Shown here in pieces: positions 38,820 to 53,264 of a DNA stretch of 64,000 nucleotides. The first letter of the stretch is position 1, and each line of letters starts with the position of its first letter. Below the pieces are notes generated by a model, which was not told the origin of the DNA, did no database searches, and saw only the letters and a program-made list of their open reading frames with translations. A program made the position numbers and the translations under genes. Origin of the DNA: Felis catus (lineage: Eukaryota). The DNA is taken from assembly GCF_018350175.1 (NCBI RefSeq), contig NC_058368.1, forward strand, positions 148,988,001 through 149,052,000, read 5' to 3'.

Positions 38820-40344
38820 AAAATTCAATACAGAAATGTATTTAATAATATAGAAAGTTGTCATATTACATAATAGTAACAAAAATGTTTGTCAAACAAA
38901 ATTAAAATTATATTCTATTATATACATACACACACATAAATATAAACATTTAAAGCTTTAATTGATGAAACTGATTATCCCTGGACGCTGATTTTTTTTT
39001 TACTTATAGATATTTTCTGTTTTTCTCTGCAAACATGATGTATCTCTAAAGAAATAAAATCAAGTTAAAAGTATCAATATAGCAAACTTGACTATATTAT
39101 GCTGTACATTTAAAATATTATACCAAGGATTTATCCTAATTTTGTATGCTATAAGGAAATTTAACAGAAAAACTAATCTGTACACCCCAATATTTGGTGT
39201 TATGTGTCAAATAATCACTTGGTAGGTACTTTTGTTTTTCAATTGGCTTTTTGGTTTGTAAAGACTGTGAAGTTTTTGTATACTCTCTTGTATTCAATAC
39301 ACCATTTTTCTCCATTGTTGTAACATGGTAATTTCTCAACAAATCAACATCTTCTAAGTCATTTTTGCTGCTGAAAATTACAGCTGAGTTTGAATGTATT
39401 TTGTGAAATAAATGTCTTATTTATTAATCAAGAAGAAAATATTGCAAATTATTGCTTGGGTAGTTTATACATTTCTGAAACAATTGCAAATATTATTTCT
39501 TCTGTTCCTTTTTAGTGTTAGGAGCTATATATTTTTTAAATGCATTATACAAATTACCATTCATTCCTGAAATCCACTCAATCAAACAGAGGAAAAAACA
39601 TTAAACAAATCATTTCTTTTGCTGTGGGGGAAAGGAGCTATTCCTTAGTTCCATCAACTATGGTTAAATCAAAAATGGCAAAATATATTTCTCAGTTTGC
39701 AAGATGGAGAACTATGGAGTGGAAAAACTAAAATCTGGTTGGCAATATATTCTATTTCCTGTCACATTTGTAACCAACAGAACTATAGTTACTCACTGTG
39801 AGTCTAAACTTCATAACATTTTTCTTATTTGCTGTATATGGCACATGCTTTTTACAGTCTGTTTCATTCCATACACTATAAATTTAAAGCTAAAATTCCA
39901 ACCTCAAAAATTGAACTGTGTATCACCCTAGCTTTAATTTAGTATATTTTAAAGTGTTTAATTTTCTTCCCAACTACAAGACTGACATTAGTATAAATCC
40001 CATTCCTACTTTTTTTCTGCTCAAAAATAAAACACAAATGAAATTTTATACTATTGTCTCAGTCTTTTTTTTCTAAACAAAATACAGGCAGAAGTAATGT
40101 GAAGCTGTTCTTTGTCTCAAATATAATAAGTATTCACATCTATAAGAAAGGAGCAAGAATTATTATTTCCTTTTCCAAGTGAAGTTTGTGTATGTGTACA
40201 CAAAGTATTTAACCTTTCCCAGAGGTCTCACTTTGCTTTCAGCTTTAGATTTTATGTGTGCTACATGAGAGTATCTTTCTTCTCCCAAAAGTTTCAGGCC
40301 ATACTAGGTAGTCTAAAATGTAATTTAAGGTGCGGCTTTGATTG

Positions 40345-40830
40345 ATGTTGTATCTGATCCAACTTTAGGGGAAATAGAGACTAAAGTTGCCACTTGGGCA
40401 ATCAATCATATCTACATGATTGAGCTCCAATGAACTCTGAACACCAAGGTTTGAGTAAGCTTGTCTAGTTGCACATACTCCATGCACATGGTCATGCTGC
40501 ATTGTGAGGAAAGTTAGCACTGTCCATGACTCTGTAAGAAGAGGACAACTGGAAGCAAAACTTTGCTAGACTCTGTTCCATGCATCTCTTGCCTTGGCTG
40601 ATTTTAATCTGTATCCATTCACTGCAATAAACTGAAACTAATAGCTCTTGATGAGAGTCCTAGCAAATGAGAGCTCTTTTGTGAGTCCTAGCAAATTATC
40701 AAACCTTAGAATGATCTTGGGAACCTCGAACGTGGAATTGGTATCAGAAGTGAAGGTGACCTCTACTCTGCAGTTGATGTCAGAAATGAGGATAATCCTG
40801 TGGACTGATCACTAATTCTGTAGTCTGATA
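40345..40830 (+). mobile_element. LTR relic, MER21C-like
   Basis: gaagaggacaactggaagc...ccttggctgattttaatctgtatcc...aataaac...gtgagtcctagcaaattatcaaacct...gcagttgatgtcagaa resembles MER21 family. Confidence 0.68.
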
Positions 40831-41353
40831 AGATTAAGCTTGTGTACTTATCATCCAGGGAAGAAATTGTGTTATTTTTCTTAGCCCACAAAATCTTAGT
40901 TTATCAAAACTGGAAACTTTTACCTCTGCAGGTTTTATTCTTCCCATATCCTCCCACAGTTGAAATTTTATCATTTGGCAAGTTATTCCAAATATGTATG
41001 TTACTATTGAGGAATAAATATTAGCTAATTTTCTAGAGATGGTATTTCAGAATGCTTACACAAGGTAATGGATATATAGATAATTAATACCCATTCCTTT
41101 CAAGGGGACATGGGACATTTTCCAGGATAGATCATATGTTTGGCCAATAAACAAGCCTTAAAAAATATAAGAATATTGAAATAATATTAAGTATTATTTT
41201 TCTGACCACAAAGGTATAAAACAAGAAATAAATAACAGGAAGAAAACCGAAAAATACACAAATATGTAGTTATTAAATAACACTCTCCTGAATGAGTGTT
41301 TACTCAATGAATGAGTAAAAGATAAAGTCAAAAAGGAAGTAAAAAATATCTTT

Positions 41354-41536
41354 GGGGTCCTGGGTGGTTCAGTCAGTTAAGTATATGACTCTTGATTTTG
41401 GCTCAGGTCATAATCTCGAAGTTCATTAGTTTGAGCACTGCATCAGGCTCTGTACTGCCAGTGCTGAGCCTGCTTGTGATTCTCTATCTCCAATCCTCCC
41501 CTGTTAGCTCCCTCTCTTTAAAAAAATAAATAAAAC
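41354..41536 (+). mobile_element. Can-SINE (older) inside L1
   Basis: ggggtcctgggtggttcagtcagttaag head and A tail. Confidence 0.92.
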
Positions 41537-41537
41537 T

Positions 41538-41640
41538 ATATGTGTGTGTGTGTGTGTGTGTATGTGTGTGTATATATATATATGTAATTAAGTAATATAT
41601 AATTAAATAATATTTATATTATATATAATTAAATTATATA

Positions 41641-41684
<44 letters not shown>
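41538..41684. repeat. (TG)n plus AT-rich/(TA)n compound microsatellite
   Basis: Direct read. Confidence 0.95.
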
Positions 41685-41686
<2 letters not shown>

Positions 41687-43461
41687 CTGACCAGACTGAT
41701 TATTACAAAGGAGATTAAATCAGTAATCAAAAACTCCCAATAAACAAAAGTCCAGGACCAGATGGCTTCACTAATGAATTCTACCAAACATTCAAAGAAA
41801 AATTAATACTAATCCTTCTCAAATAAGTTCAAAACAAAACAAAAAAAAAATAAGAAGTTTTCCAAACTCATTTTACAAGGTAAACATTACCCTGATACCA
41901 AAACCAGACAATGACATGGCAAGAAAAAAAAAAATTACAGGCTTATGTCCCTGATAAACATATATACAAAAATCTTCAACCACAATTCTAGAAAACTGAA
42001 TTCAGGGGCACATTAAAAATATCATATGCCCTGATCAAATGTCATTTACTTCTAGGATACAAGGATGTTTCAACATCTGAAAATCAGTAAATGTGATACA
42101 TTATGTTAACAAAATAAAGGAGAAAAACCATATGATCTTCTCAATAGTTGTAGAAAAAGTATTTAACAAAATTCGATATGCTTTTGTGATGAAAACTCTC
42201 AACAAATTAGGTATGGAATAAATGTACCTCAACATGATAAAGGTCATTTGTGACAAGGCCACTGCTAACATCATACTGGGTAGTGAAAAGCTGAGTTTGT
42301 CATCTAAGAACAGGAACAATACAAGGGTACACAACTCTTGCCACTTCTATTCAACATAGTACAGGAAATACTCACTAGAGAAATCAGGAAAAAAAAAAAA
42401 TAAAAGTCATCCCAATTGGAAATGAAGACATTAAGTTGTCTCTGTTTGTGGATGATTTGGTACATAGAAAATCCTAAAGGCTTCACCCAAAAACTGTTAA
42501 AACTAAACAACAACAACAACAACAAAACAGTGACGATGCAGTATGCAAAATCAACATATGATAACCAGTTGTATTTCTATACGCAATGAAGTATCCAAAA
42601 GAAAAAAGAAAGAAAGAAAAGAAAAGAAAAGAAACCCATTTATAATAGCATCAAAAAGAATAACATACTGATGAATAAATTTAACCAGGGAGGTGAAAGA
42701 TCCATGCACTGAAAACTATAAGACGTCGATGAAAGCAAATGAAGAAGACACAAACAAATGGAAAGGTATCCCAAGTTAATGTATTGGTAGAATTAATATT
42801 GTTAAAATGTTCATGCCACCAAAGTATATAAATCACCAAAGCAATCTACAGATTCAATACAATCCTTGTCAAAATTCCAACAACATTTTTCAACTAAAAT
42901 TTGTATTAAAACCAAAAGACTCATAAAAACAAAAGCAGTCTTGAGCTAGAAGAAAGCTGGAAGTATCACAGTTCCTGATTTCAAATTATATTATGAAGCT
43001 ACAATAATCAAAACAATATGGTATTTGTATGAAACAGACTCATAGACCAAGAAGCAGAATAGAGAGCAAAGAAATAAACCCACGCATAGAAAGCCAACTG
43101 ATCTTTGACAAAGGTGTCAATGTATCCAACAGGGAATAAATAACAATAAATGGTGCTGAGAAAAGTGGATGTCCCATGCAGATCATGAAATTGGACACTT
43201 ATACTTTGGACAAAAATAAAGTCAAATGGATTAAAGAAATGCAGATGTTTATTTTTAACCTCAAATACCCCTATGTTTTATTTCAAATGAAATGACATAG
43301 TTAAAAAGACAGAAAACTTGGAGTAAGTAAGTTACGTAATATTGAGCCAGTCACTTGGATGTTTTCATCTCTATTTTCTCACATGTTGAGAAAGAAGTGT
43401 ATGGGGGAGAAAGGTAGAGAAGGGAAGAAGAAAAGATTGTAAATTATAGTAACAACAAACA

Positions 43462-43975
43462 CTGCTAGTTGCCTACTCAAATTTATTACTTCTTTTTTTT
43501 CTTTTAGAAGAGTATCTTAGACAATGCACTCAAGTGAATAAAAAACTACATTTCATTTCCCAGCATGCCTTACCATCTTGTAGTCATGCTACCAATTTCT
43601 GCTTAACATTTCTGCCCAGAGAGTTATGAGGGCAATTGTTGTATGGAATTTCTGAGAAGTATCCTACAGGGATAAGAATTAACTGGTTTACCGATATTGT
43701 GTTCCACCACTTTTCTGCTTAGAAAGTAGATGGGTATATGTCAGCATGGAGCTCAATAGTGATCTGAACAATGAAGTAATATCCATAATGAAAGCCACAC
43801 ACTTCAGGCAGAACACAAAGATAAAAGAGATTTGGTCCTGATAATTTTGTGGAGCTACTATGCCAGATCTATTCATGGATATTTTTTATGTAAATAAATA
43901 ATTATTTTTTAATACCAGTATTTTATTTATTACTCCATCTAACTATTACTTTTTATATACAAGCAATACTAATAC
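43462..43975 (+). mobile_element. MaLR LTR relic (MLT1I/J-like)
   Basis: aaaactacattt..tcccagcatgcctt, gcagaacacaaagataaaagagatttggtcctgataattttgtggagctac resemble MLT1 LTRs. Confidence 0.62.
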
Positions 43976-45134
43976 ATATATATATGTATATATATAAACA
44001 TCCAGCTTCCTATCCAACATGTTATTAAAGTACATGAACGGTAAGCACAGTTATAACATAGATAAATTATTGTTTTATTAAATTAATAATTTTTTGTCAC
44101 TCAGAATTTCCAAAATGCCAGCATATAATCTAACATCAGTAATGGAAATTTTTGACACTATATTATTTACCCACTTACATGAATGAAAACAGGTCATTTA
44201 TTAAAGTGTAAATTTAATTAGTTAATAAATTCATTTACTTTTTTTACATAATAAAACTAAGGGCTTATTTTTTAAGGATACTTTAATAGAGTTTGTGATG
44301 TCCCCATATATTCCTTAGCCATCTAAGCCTCAGAAGGCATGAGAGATTGCAAAACTCTTGGCCTGCCTTAGTTGTATTTCCAGTTGAGTGTACTTCTGCT
44401 TAAGAGCAATGCAAATATGTTCTCTCACCAACATCTTGATATTTCCAAACTCATTATCTTGTGCTTTTGAACCTTGACTATTCAATAGACCTGGGAATCA
44501 AATTCATTTCCTCCTCACTGAGCAGGTCAGGGTCTGTACCAGTCCTCAGTATATTAAAAGTATAGATGATCAGATTGTTCTTAATGGAAACTGAAGTTTG
44601 AATCAAAAACAAACTGTAGATTCTATTTGAAATCTCCATCACCACATTCCCAACTCTTTGAAGGAGAGAGTTTACTTTCAGGAAACAAATCAAAAATTAT
44701 TTTGTCTAAAGTCATCCAATGATTATCATACATCTAGAATACAATAGCCCTAATCACATGATGAATGTGAAAAAAGTCAACATTTGGTTTAAACTAACAT
44801 GGTCCAAGATTAAAAGTTAATTGTAAATGAGATTCTATTTTTTCCAACACTTATTGAGAGTTTTGACTTGTTGTTTTGGAAGATATTATCTAACAATCTC
44901 TATATTGTCTTCCTTAAACAATTTCTTTTCATGCAAAGTCAAACTATAACATGCACATTTATAATTATCCTTAAACCTGAGGTATGCCCAGTCTTATTTC
45001 TTCTGTGGTATATTCCACAATTGTCACATAGCTAATTGTTTATATAATTACTAGAGGTGAAACTTGCTACTTTCTCCAAAAAGTAACATAATAAATCCAA
45101 TGTTTAGGAAATTATTGGTTTGATATCTGAATTC

Positions 45135-45280
45135 CTTATGTAACTATAAGCTTCATAGTGGCAAACTTACTTTGGATACACATTTGACCTCCATGAGCTC
45201 AGCACTTAACATGGACCCAAGTATGAGTAAGAGTTCAATTTGTATACGTTGAATAGAAAAATGAGTGAATGGATGAATCT
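45135..45280 (+). mobile_element. L2 3'-end fragment
   Basis: aactataagcttcatagtggca...gttgaatagaaaaatgagtgaatggatgaat. Confidence 0.55.
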
Positions 45281-47249
45281 TTATTTACTATAAGTGTATG
45301 TCTCTGTATATGAGTGCACATGTAAACCCGAACTCTAGAGTATATATTCAAAAGTCCTTGGTTGCTCAATTAAATAGAAAGTCTCCAAATCTTTATTGAA
45401 AGATTGTGGTGTTGGTGGTAGATGATAGATAGGAGACTGGATGCTCTGTAGATAGGCTTATCACAGGGACACTTACTATATGACCCACTATTTGATTGTC
45501 CTTCATTCATTTTACAACATCATCCGAGGGTTCTATGAACAGCAACCACTGTTAATGTCCTCCTAGGTAGAATATATGTTTCAAAAATGAGTCAGTTAGT
45601 GCATACAATTAATCTCTGATGAACAGTGGATATTTCTTGTTTTCAGACCCAGAGTTCCATCTCAACCTGTTTTTATTTTTCATTGGTAAGATTAATTATA
45701 CTGTATATTGCTTAAGATAGTGATGTGACACCATTATCTTATTGATATTAAAATTATATACAAAATTTTATAATAATTTTACTTCTGTAGAAATCATATT
45801 AAAGAATTTATAATTCTAAAGTTGCATTCAATATTTTCTGTCAATGTTAATGCTAAAGTTATTATCTTGAAATATATTATGCAAAGGAAAAATAGAAACA
45901 TATAGGAGCAGTAATTTTCTTCTACTATGTTAATAATAATCCTGATCACAGAGAAAACATTTTTTACTCTTGTATTGGAATTTACAGAATAAATCTGGAT
46001 TTAGAGGCTACTATTGAACTTAAATTTCTTCTTAAATTAATGAGACATATTTCAAGAGTGGGTTAGCAAGTGTTTTCTTTCTGTTCACTTTCCCTTATGT
46101 ATAGAATCCCCACAATGGAAGCAAACACTGAATTTATTGTTTCATATATTCATTAGAACATATTTACACAAGAACAATGATTCATGAAGAATTCATCAAT
46201 TAATTTATATGTCAATCATTAAAGGAGCTATTTCAAAATTAGATTATTTTAGATAATAAAATTACCATTTATTCAACATAAATATCGTGAAACTACTCTG
46301 AATTACCTTATTTTTCAATGTAACTTTTGAAAAAAACTATTTACAATATTATCAATATAAAACCCATTGTACCTTGAATTTTCTATTTTGATGATGATAC
46401 TTCATAAGATAAATGCACATTATTGTTTCCAATGTATATGATTATGAAATGTTTTGAAATAAAAATAATGCAATAGAAAAACAGTTTATTTGATGTTATC
46501 AAAGCAATTTCATCATTTCAAACCAGCTAACAGCAGACCTATTAAGCTAAATAATGGATCAACTTTAGCCTTTCCATTTAATACTTGAACAACATAATGA
46601 TTTTACATCACTATTCCAGTAATATAGGTTTAAATTATTCATGAAGGATAATCTGATTCTAAAAACAAATTGAGGGATACACCTTATATAAGTGATACTT
46701 ATATGTCATCATCTAGATATAGTTTCTTGTTGGAAATGCTTATGTTTAACACTAACTTGATTTTTTCCACTATCATTGACATTATTTATTTTCCCTAACA
46801 AGCAAGTATACTTTCAAACAAAATTACATTCTTTACAGTGACAAGAAGACAATTTGTATTTTTTAGTGTAAAATATTTATTCCACTGTATTTTAGCATTT
46901 TAACCCAGAGTAAAAATTTAGGTAAGCCAGAATAATAATGGGTTGCCCCTAAGTATACAGAAGCACTACTATATTAAATCTATTAAAAAACTTGAAGTTT
47001 TTATATATGAAGACTCCAGACATCACTCAAAACACATATGAAAATTTTCTTTTATACAAATCATTAAGTCTTCAAGGTAGTTATTGCTGATGTATAAAAT
47101 TCTATTAATACTTATATGTTTATTGTATTTAGCTATTTACTAACCTTTAATAATAGTAGGTTTGTATTGGCTATTTGGAACAAAGCAATTATCGTAATTT
47201 TATCTTTTGTTCTTATATCAGCACTTGTTTTCTTCCTCATGCTGCACTT

Positions 47250-47390
47250 TTTCATTCACCAACTCATTTATTCAAAAAGTAGAGAAGGCATGAATGATGT
47301 GCCAAGCATTGTCCTAGCTTCTGGGAATGAAAGAGTAAACACAATAGCCACACTTCTTGATTCTTATGAAACTTGAAATCTAACAGGAAA
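47250..47390 (-). mobile_element. L2 3'-end fragment
   Basis: ttcattcaccaactcatttattcaa...atgtgccaagcattgtcctagcttctgggaat. Confidence 0.6.
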
Positions 47391-48834
47391 ATTGGACATC
47401 TTACAAACTTAACTAATTCCAATTGCCAAGGTATTAGAAGTTGTTACAGAAGCTTATACTGGAAAACCAGGGCATATGAAATTGTTATTGCACAGTTCAT
47501 ATTTAAGACAAATTATTTAGCTAAATGGAAGACCACAGTGATACCGAAAGATACAGTTTTTAAAGCAGCAGCTGCTTCTTCTGAAGAAATTTGGATAGCA
47601 TGAGAAACGAAAGACTTCAGGATAATAAAAAGAGACTTAGATAGCTCTCAATAGGAAATTACTTTCTGCCAAATGCCAAAGAGATATCTTAAGATCTCTG
47701 CAATGTAGCAGCAAAGAGAACATACCCATGTAATAGTGGCAAGATTTAACATAACTGATTATAAGCCATATATCTAGCATTGATATAAATGACAAATAAG
47801 AAATTTAAAAAGGCCATTGCTGATGAAATACAATCTTTGGAAACTTTATACCTCTGAGTCTCAACTTTGACAGAGACTGAAAATTTTTTGCAATTCTGGT
47901 ATCAGCTGTGTCAGTAAGAAGCAATGAATCAACTATGAATCATCATGGATGTACATGAAATGCAGATGAATTTCAAAGAGAAATAAATATGAAGATGGGG
48001 AGAAAATAGACAACAAAAAAACCCCACAAAAAGATAGAAAGAAAAAATAGTAATCACAAAAATGAAATGCATGCTTCTATTAAGAGATACATATTTTAAG
48101 ACTGGATATTTCCATCTCTTCATACCTCCAAAACTAGGACATTGACTCATATAAAAAACAAATGGTAATGTTAGTAATGAGGTGAGAAAGTGGTAGAAGA
48201 GGGAAGAAGAAATAGCGTTCAAAACTATGGAATACTAAAATTTAAAGAGAAGATGGCAGATACAGAAAAATAGAGTTGCGCAATGGAGATCATGTGGTGA
48301 TGATAATGTTGGACGATAATTAGATATAAGATGGAGAAGGTGGAAGCCAGGTCATTAAGGGCCATTAATCCAGGCCCGAGTTTAGTTAGGAAAGCCAATC
48401 CAAGTGTTTAAAGAATAACACAATTTAGAAAGTTCATTCTGTTTGCACTATGAAGGATACACTGAAGACAGAGGACCTCTTTTAATAAAATGGAGAAGAT
48501 ATACTGGAAATAAATATGGCTAGAGATAAAGTACCAAACGGGAATTTCAGCAGATAGAACTGGCAGTCTTGATAAATGATTGAGGTATAACAGAGAATAT
48601 ATACAATGTAAGGATGGTTCCAGTTTTGTGGAACAACTATATCAGAAAGTTAAGCTTTGTCATTCTAGTCTACTTTTTCTGATAATATATTCCACTTAAA
48701 GGGCAAGAGCATAGGATCCAAGATTAGCCAATCACAGCACCTCAACCCGTTGGCTTCAGTGACTACTATATGAATTTCCCAGAATTCTGTCATCCTTGAG
48801 ACTTAGTGATCCCCTGAATTCACCGTTTCTGTTT

Positions 48835-49040
48835 TAATTTTGTTTAATGTTTATTTATTTTTGAGAAAGAGACAGATGCAAGAGGGCGAGGGGCAGAGAG
48901 AGAGGAAGACACAGAATCCAAAGCAGGTTCCAGGCTCTGAGCTGTCAGCACAGAGCTGGATGTAGGGCTTGAACCCACAAACCATGAGATCATGACCTTA
49001 GCCAAAGTTAGCCACTTAACTGACTGAGCCACCCAGATCA
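48835..49040 (-). mobile_element. Can-SINE
   Basis: tttaatgtttatttatttttgaga...ccaggctctgagctgtcagcacagagc...tgactgagccaccca. Confidence 0.95.
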
Positions 49041-49369
49041 TCTCATTGTGTTTTTTTTTAAGTTAGTTTTCATATTTTTAAATTTGTTTGCTTAAGCTAG
49101 TTTGATTTAGGTTTTTATCACTTATAACCAGGTGAATGGTAAGTAATACAGTAGTGTAGAATATAGTAAGTTGGATAGTTTGAAATTATCCAGATACATC
49201 AAAAAATTAAGTAATAATGGTAGGAATATTCAGTAGCAAAATAAAATTGTATATCCATGGGTTTAACACCTTCTTCTCCCAATATGCTTAAAAATATTTA
49301 TAAATTATATTTAGAAATTTAGAAATTTATAAATATTCCCTATTTATAAAGAGGGAACAAAAGTGAGTA

Positions 49370-50560
49370 GAAATCAGACTATAAAAATGACAAATGTTGT
49401 TTAGAAGTCAAATGTCACAATAAAAACATTATGTTAGAAATTTTAAACAGCATTTATAGAGCAGAATAGATATAATACAGAGAGGATTCAGTATTTAGAA
49501 GGTATAACATTTTTAAAATTCATAACATAAAAATAAGGAGAAAGAATATATGAAACAAGGTTAGGAAAGTAGAGAATAAATTGAGAAGATCAAGTATGTA
49601 ATTGAAGTTCCAAAAAGAGAAAATAAATAAATGAAGGCAAATGCCATATTAAGAAAATAGTAATTGAGAATTTTTCAGAAAGTATGAAAAACATGAATCT
49701 TCAGATTCAGGAAGGCTAATAGATTGACAAGCAGGGAAAATTAAAAGTGACCTACATCTGGACACATTGTAGGCTAACTTCAGGAAATCAAAGGTACTAA
49801 GAACTTAAAAAGAAGTCATAGGAAAAGATTACCTAGTTATAAATTTAATTTAGACTACGACTTTCCAAAAACAAAAATTCGTTATAATGAAAGCAGCCAG
49901 AACGGATTGAAATAGTGTCTTCAGTGTGTTGAGACAAAATAGTTGCCAAGTAGAAATTATATAGCCAGCAAAGTTTATTTCCTGAATGAAGCTGAAATAA
50001 AAACCTTTTCAGACATGCCAAAATCTAAGAAAATTTAAAATCAACAAACCTCACCCAAGGAACTTCTAAATGTCACAGTTCCTGAAATGAAGAAAAGTGA
50101 TCACAGACGGAAAGCATGAAATTTGAAAAGCCACAGAGTAAAGAATATAATAACATATATCTAAAGCTAAAGAAACATTGATTGTATGAAATAATTAAAG
50201 TAATTTCCAGTTTATAGAATTTAAAAATGAAACAATATAGTTAATAGATAGGATACAAAAGCAGAAAAACAGAGAGAGGTGCATATAGACAGATTTATTA
50301 GTACTAGACTTCATTAGATATGTATCTTAAAATGTCAAAGATAATCAGTAAAATAATATATTAAATTATATATTGTAAAGGGAGAAAAAAGACTTCAATC
50401 AATGCAAAATATTTCAAAATGAGACGTAACAAAAACCTGAGTAAGTAAATAAAAATAAGCACACAAAAAGCAGAAAGGAAATTAATTATAAAGATGTAAA
50501 GATGCAAATGTACTGTACCCTTCTGTTAATAAATATATTTTCAGAATGGATAAAAAACAA
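49370..50560 (+). mobile_element. Ancient L1/HAL1-like ORF1 region, heavily degraded
   Basis: A-rich strand with gaagttccaaaaagaga, gagaatttttcagaa, catgaatcttcagattcaggaag, gaaattatatagccagcaaa typical of ORF1 relics. Confidence 0.65.
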
Positions 50561-51232
50561 ATATAAAGCTAATATCTCCAAACCTAGTAATTACCAGTGA
50601 AATTGAAGGACCACACAAACACCTCATTTATTATAATGAGAATGCAAAATGATGCATCAGATTCAGAAGGTAGTTGGCAGTTTTTTACAAAACTAAATAC
50701 AGTATTACAAAATCTAGGAATAAAACTCCTAGATTTTCACCCCAATGATATGAATACTTAGATCCACAAAAAAAAAACAAGCAAATGTTCATAGCGGATT
50801 TATTCATAATCACAAAAAATTGAAAGTAGTCAAGATGACCTTTATTAAGTGAATAGATAAACAGTAATATATCCATGTAGTGGAATACTATTTAACAGTA
50901 AAAAGAAATGGATACCAAGTCATGTAAGACATAAATTATTCATAAATGCATATCATTAAGTGAAAAGGCCAGCCTGGAAATACTACATAGTGTATGATTT
51001 CATTAACATGCATTCTGAAAAAAAGCAAAATAGAGAAATGGCAAAAAGAACAGTGGTTTCCAAGATTTCAAGGTGGGGGGGAGGGTAGAATGAGTAAAAC
51101 ACAGGAGATTTTCAGGTCAGTGAATCTATTTAGTGCGATGCTGCAATGTTAAATACATAATACTATGCATTTGTCAAAATCCATATCTTTATATCTCAAA
51201 AAATGAACCGTATGTATGCAAATTTTAAAAAA

Positions 51233-51364
51233 GGGGGGGAAGGTGTCTGGATGGCTCGATTGATTGAGCCTCTGGCTCTTGATTTTGGCTTAGGTCATGA
51301 TCCCAGGGTCGTGCGATCAAACCCCAAGTCAGGCACTTAGTTGAGTGTGGAGTCTGCTTAAGAA

Positions 51365-51405
<41 letters not shown>

Positions 51406-51496
51406 GCCACTCTCCCCACTCCCTCTTACTCTTTCAAAAACAAAAGAAAACAACCAAACCAAATCAAACCAAACCAAACCAAACAAAAAAAAAAAA
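51233..51496 (+). mobile_element. Can-SINE (older) with (TCTG)n and (CCAAA)n tail
   Basis: ctcttgattttggcttaggtcatgatcccagggtcgtg body. Confidence 0.9.
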
Positions 51497-53033
51497 CTTA
51501 GTAAGTGGAAGATTCCAGAATGGAATGCAGAGTGTGACAATCTAACCTGTATTACCAATGCTTAAGACATCTCACTGAAAGTAAAGAGGGTTAAATTTGG
51601 AAATAAGTGGAGCCTGCAAGATGAGAGTCAAAAGACACTGCATAAGCACTATTCTCTAGTTGATAAATTTCTTTATATGGGAGTATGGGTTAACAATTTT
51701 AAAACTTTTATACATGTATATCAGAATTGAAAAGTTAAATGGTTAGTGGAAAGTGTGTCACCATTGTAGTAGGACAAGCAAGGGGAGAAGCCTGGAACAA
51801 TCCACGTGGTAGTGAACTAGAGTTGAAGAAATCAGTATGAACTCATGTGATGCTTGTTATAAATATAGATGGTTATCCATAAAATTTGTAGATATGTGCA
51901 TATGCATGAGTTAATGTGAATAAATATATTTCTTTGTGTCACAAGCTGAACAGGACTAGAAATAATACTCTCCAGGGCAATGAGTATACCTTGCTTTCAG
52001 AAATAATTCCATTTTCCAAAAAAAGGAGCCAAAACTCCTTAGAGAAATGGAAGATTCTAAGACTGGGCAGGAAATATACATAAGACTGGAAATTTTCTTA
52101 GTACCAGAAAGTATGAAAATGCCTAAAAAAATAAAAATCTACATTGATGGGGTAAAGTCAGAGGGACACAGGAGCCAACTGAAATACTCCTGATGCGAAC
52201 ACTGCAACAGTTTGAAACAACAAAAACTACATTATAACTCAAAATATAAAATAAATATTCATGAGTTTACACTGATATAAATGATTGAATTAATAAATGG
52301 GGAAAGAAACAAATATCTCTTGCAGAGAATTCCAAATAATTTATGTAAATACTCTGCTTTCAAAGAGGGGCGTCAAGTCACTACTTCCTAGGTATAGCCT
52401 GTTCCTAATGACTTCTTTTCAGAGTATGGTATGGGAGGAGGGGGGCTGAGCGGACAAGACTAACTAAACAGTTAAGAAATCTATACTACTTCAAACACTA
52501 CCTCAGCTGGATAACCAAGGTTAATATCAGTAGTATATCATATTGACAGTGTGCAACCTTGGTATGAAGTGATGAGGATGACCCTTTGCCTCTGTGGTCT
52601 TCCTCCCAAAAACCCATCCCCCCTGTAGTCATGAAAAAAAAAAAAATCAGAGAAATTCTGATAGGAGAAAATCTTACAAAATACTTTACTCATCAAAACT
52701 GTCAAGGTCATCGAAAACAAGGAAGATCGACAAAACAATCAAAGGCAAGAGAAGCCGAAAGAAATGTATTATAACTAAATGCAATGTGGTATTCTGGATG
52801 TGATCCCGGAATAGAAAAAAAAAGAGTATTAGGAAAAAACTAAGGGAACTTGAATAAAGTATGAAATTTCGTTATTAATAATGTGTCAATTTTGGTTCAT
52901 TAAGTATAACAATTGTACTACACTAATGTAAGATATTAATAATAACAGAAATTGGAAACAGGCTAAATGGAACTCTTCATGTTATTTTCTCTCTGTTTTT
53001 CTATAAATTTAAAACTGTTCTAAAAATAAGGGG

Positions 53034-53222
53034 TTTTTTTGGTTTTATTTTATAGAGAGAGAGCGCTTGTGAGTTGGGGTGAGGGGCAGAGGGAGAGAGG
53101 TTCCCAAGCAGGCTCCACACCAGCATGGAGTCTGATGCAGTGCTTGATCCCACAACCCTGGGATCATGACCTGAACCAAATCAAGAGTCAGATGCTCAAT
53201 TAACTGAACCACCCAGTGCCCC
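53034..53222 (-). mobile_element. Can-SINE (older)
   Basis: gggatcatgacctgaaccaaatcaagagtcagatgctcaattaactgaaccaccca. Confidence 0.9.
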
Positions 53223-53264
53223 TAAAGTCTATTCTTAAAAATATGAAGGAATTCTTTGACTTGC

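Larger units (their letters stand above)
41105..43238 (+). mobile_element. LINE-1 ORF2 fragment (EN end, RT), degraded; truncated at both ends, interrupted by SINE and microsatellite
   Basis: gggacattttccaggatagatcat (EN), aaaagtccaggaccagatggcttcact, tctctgtttgtggatgat (FADD-region), gatctttgacaaagg. Confidence 0.92.
50605..53241 (+). mobile_element. Old LINE-1 with long 3'UTR (L1MC/L1MD-like), two nested SINEs
   Basis: ttggcagttttttacaaaactaaa, gtcagagggacacaggagccaactgaaa, ctctgtggtcttcctcccaaaaaccca, terminal aaaactgttctaaaaataa|taaagtctatt split by SINE. Confidence 0.85.

Noticed and set aside
40655..40696. Repeated gagtcctagcaaat
   Set aside because: Small local duplication within an LTR relic; only two copies, not a CRISPR-like array
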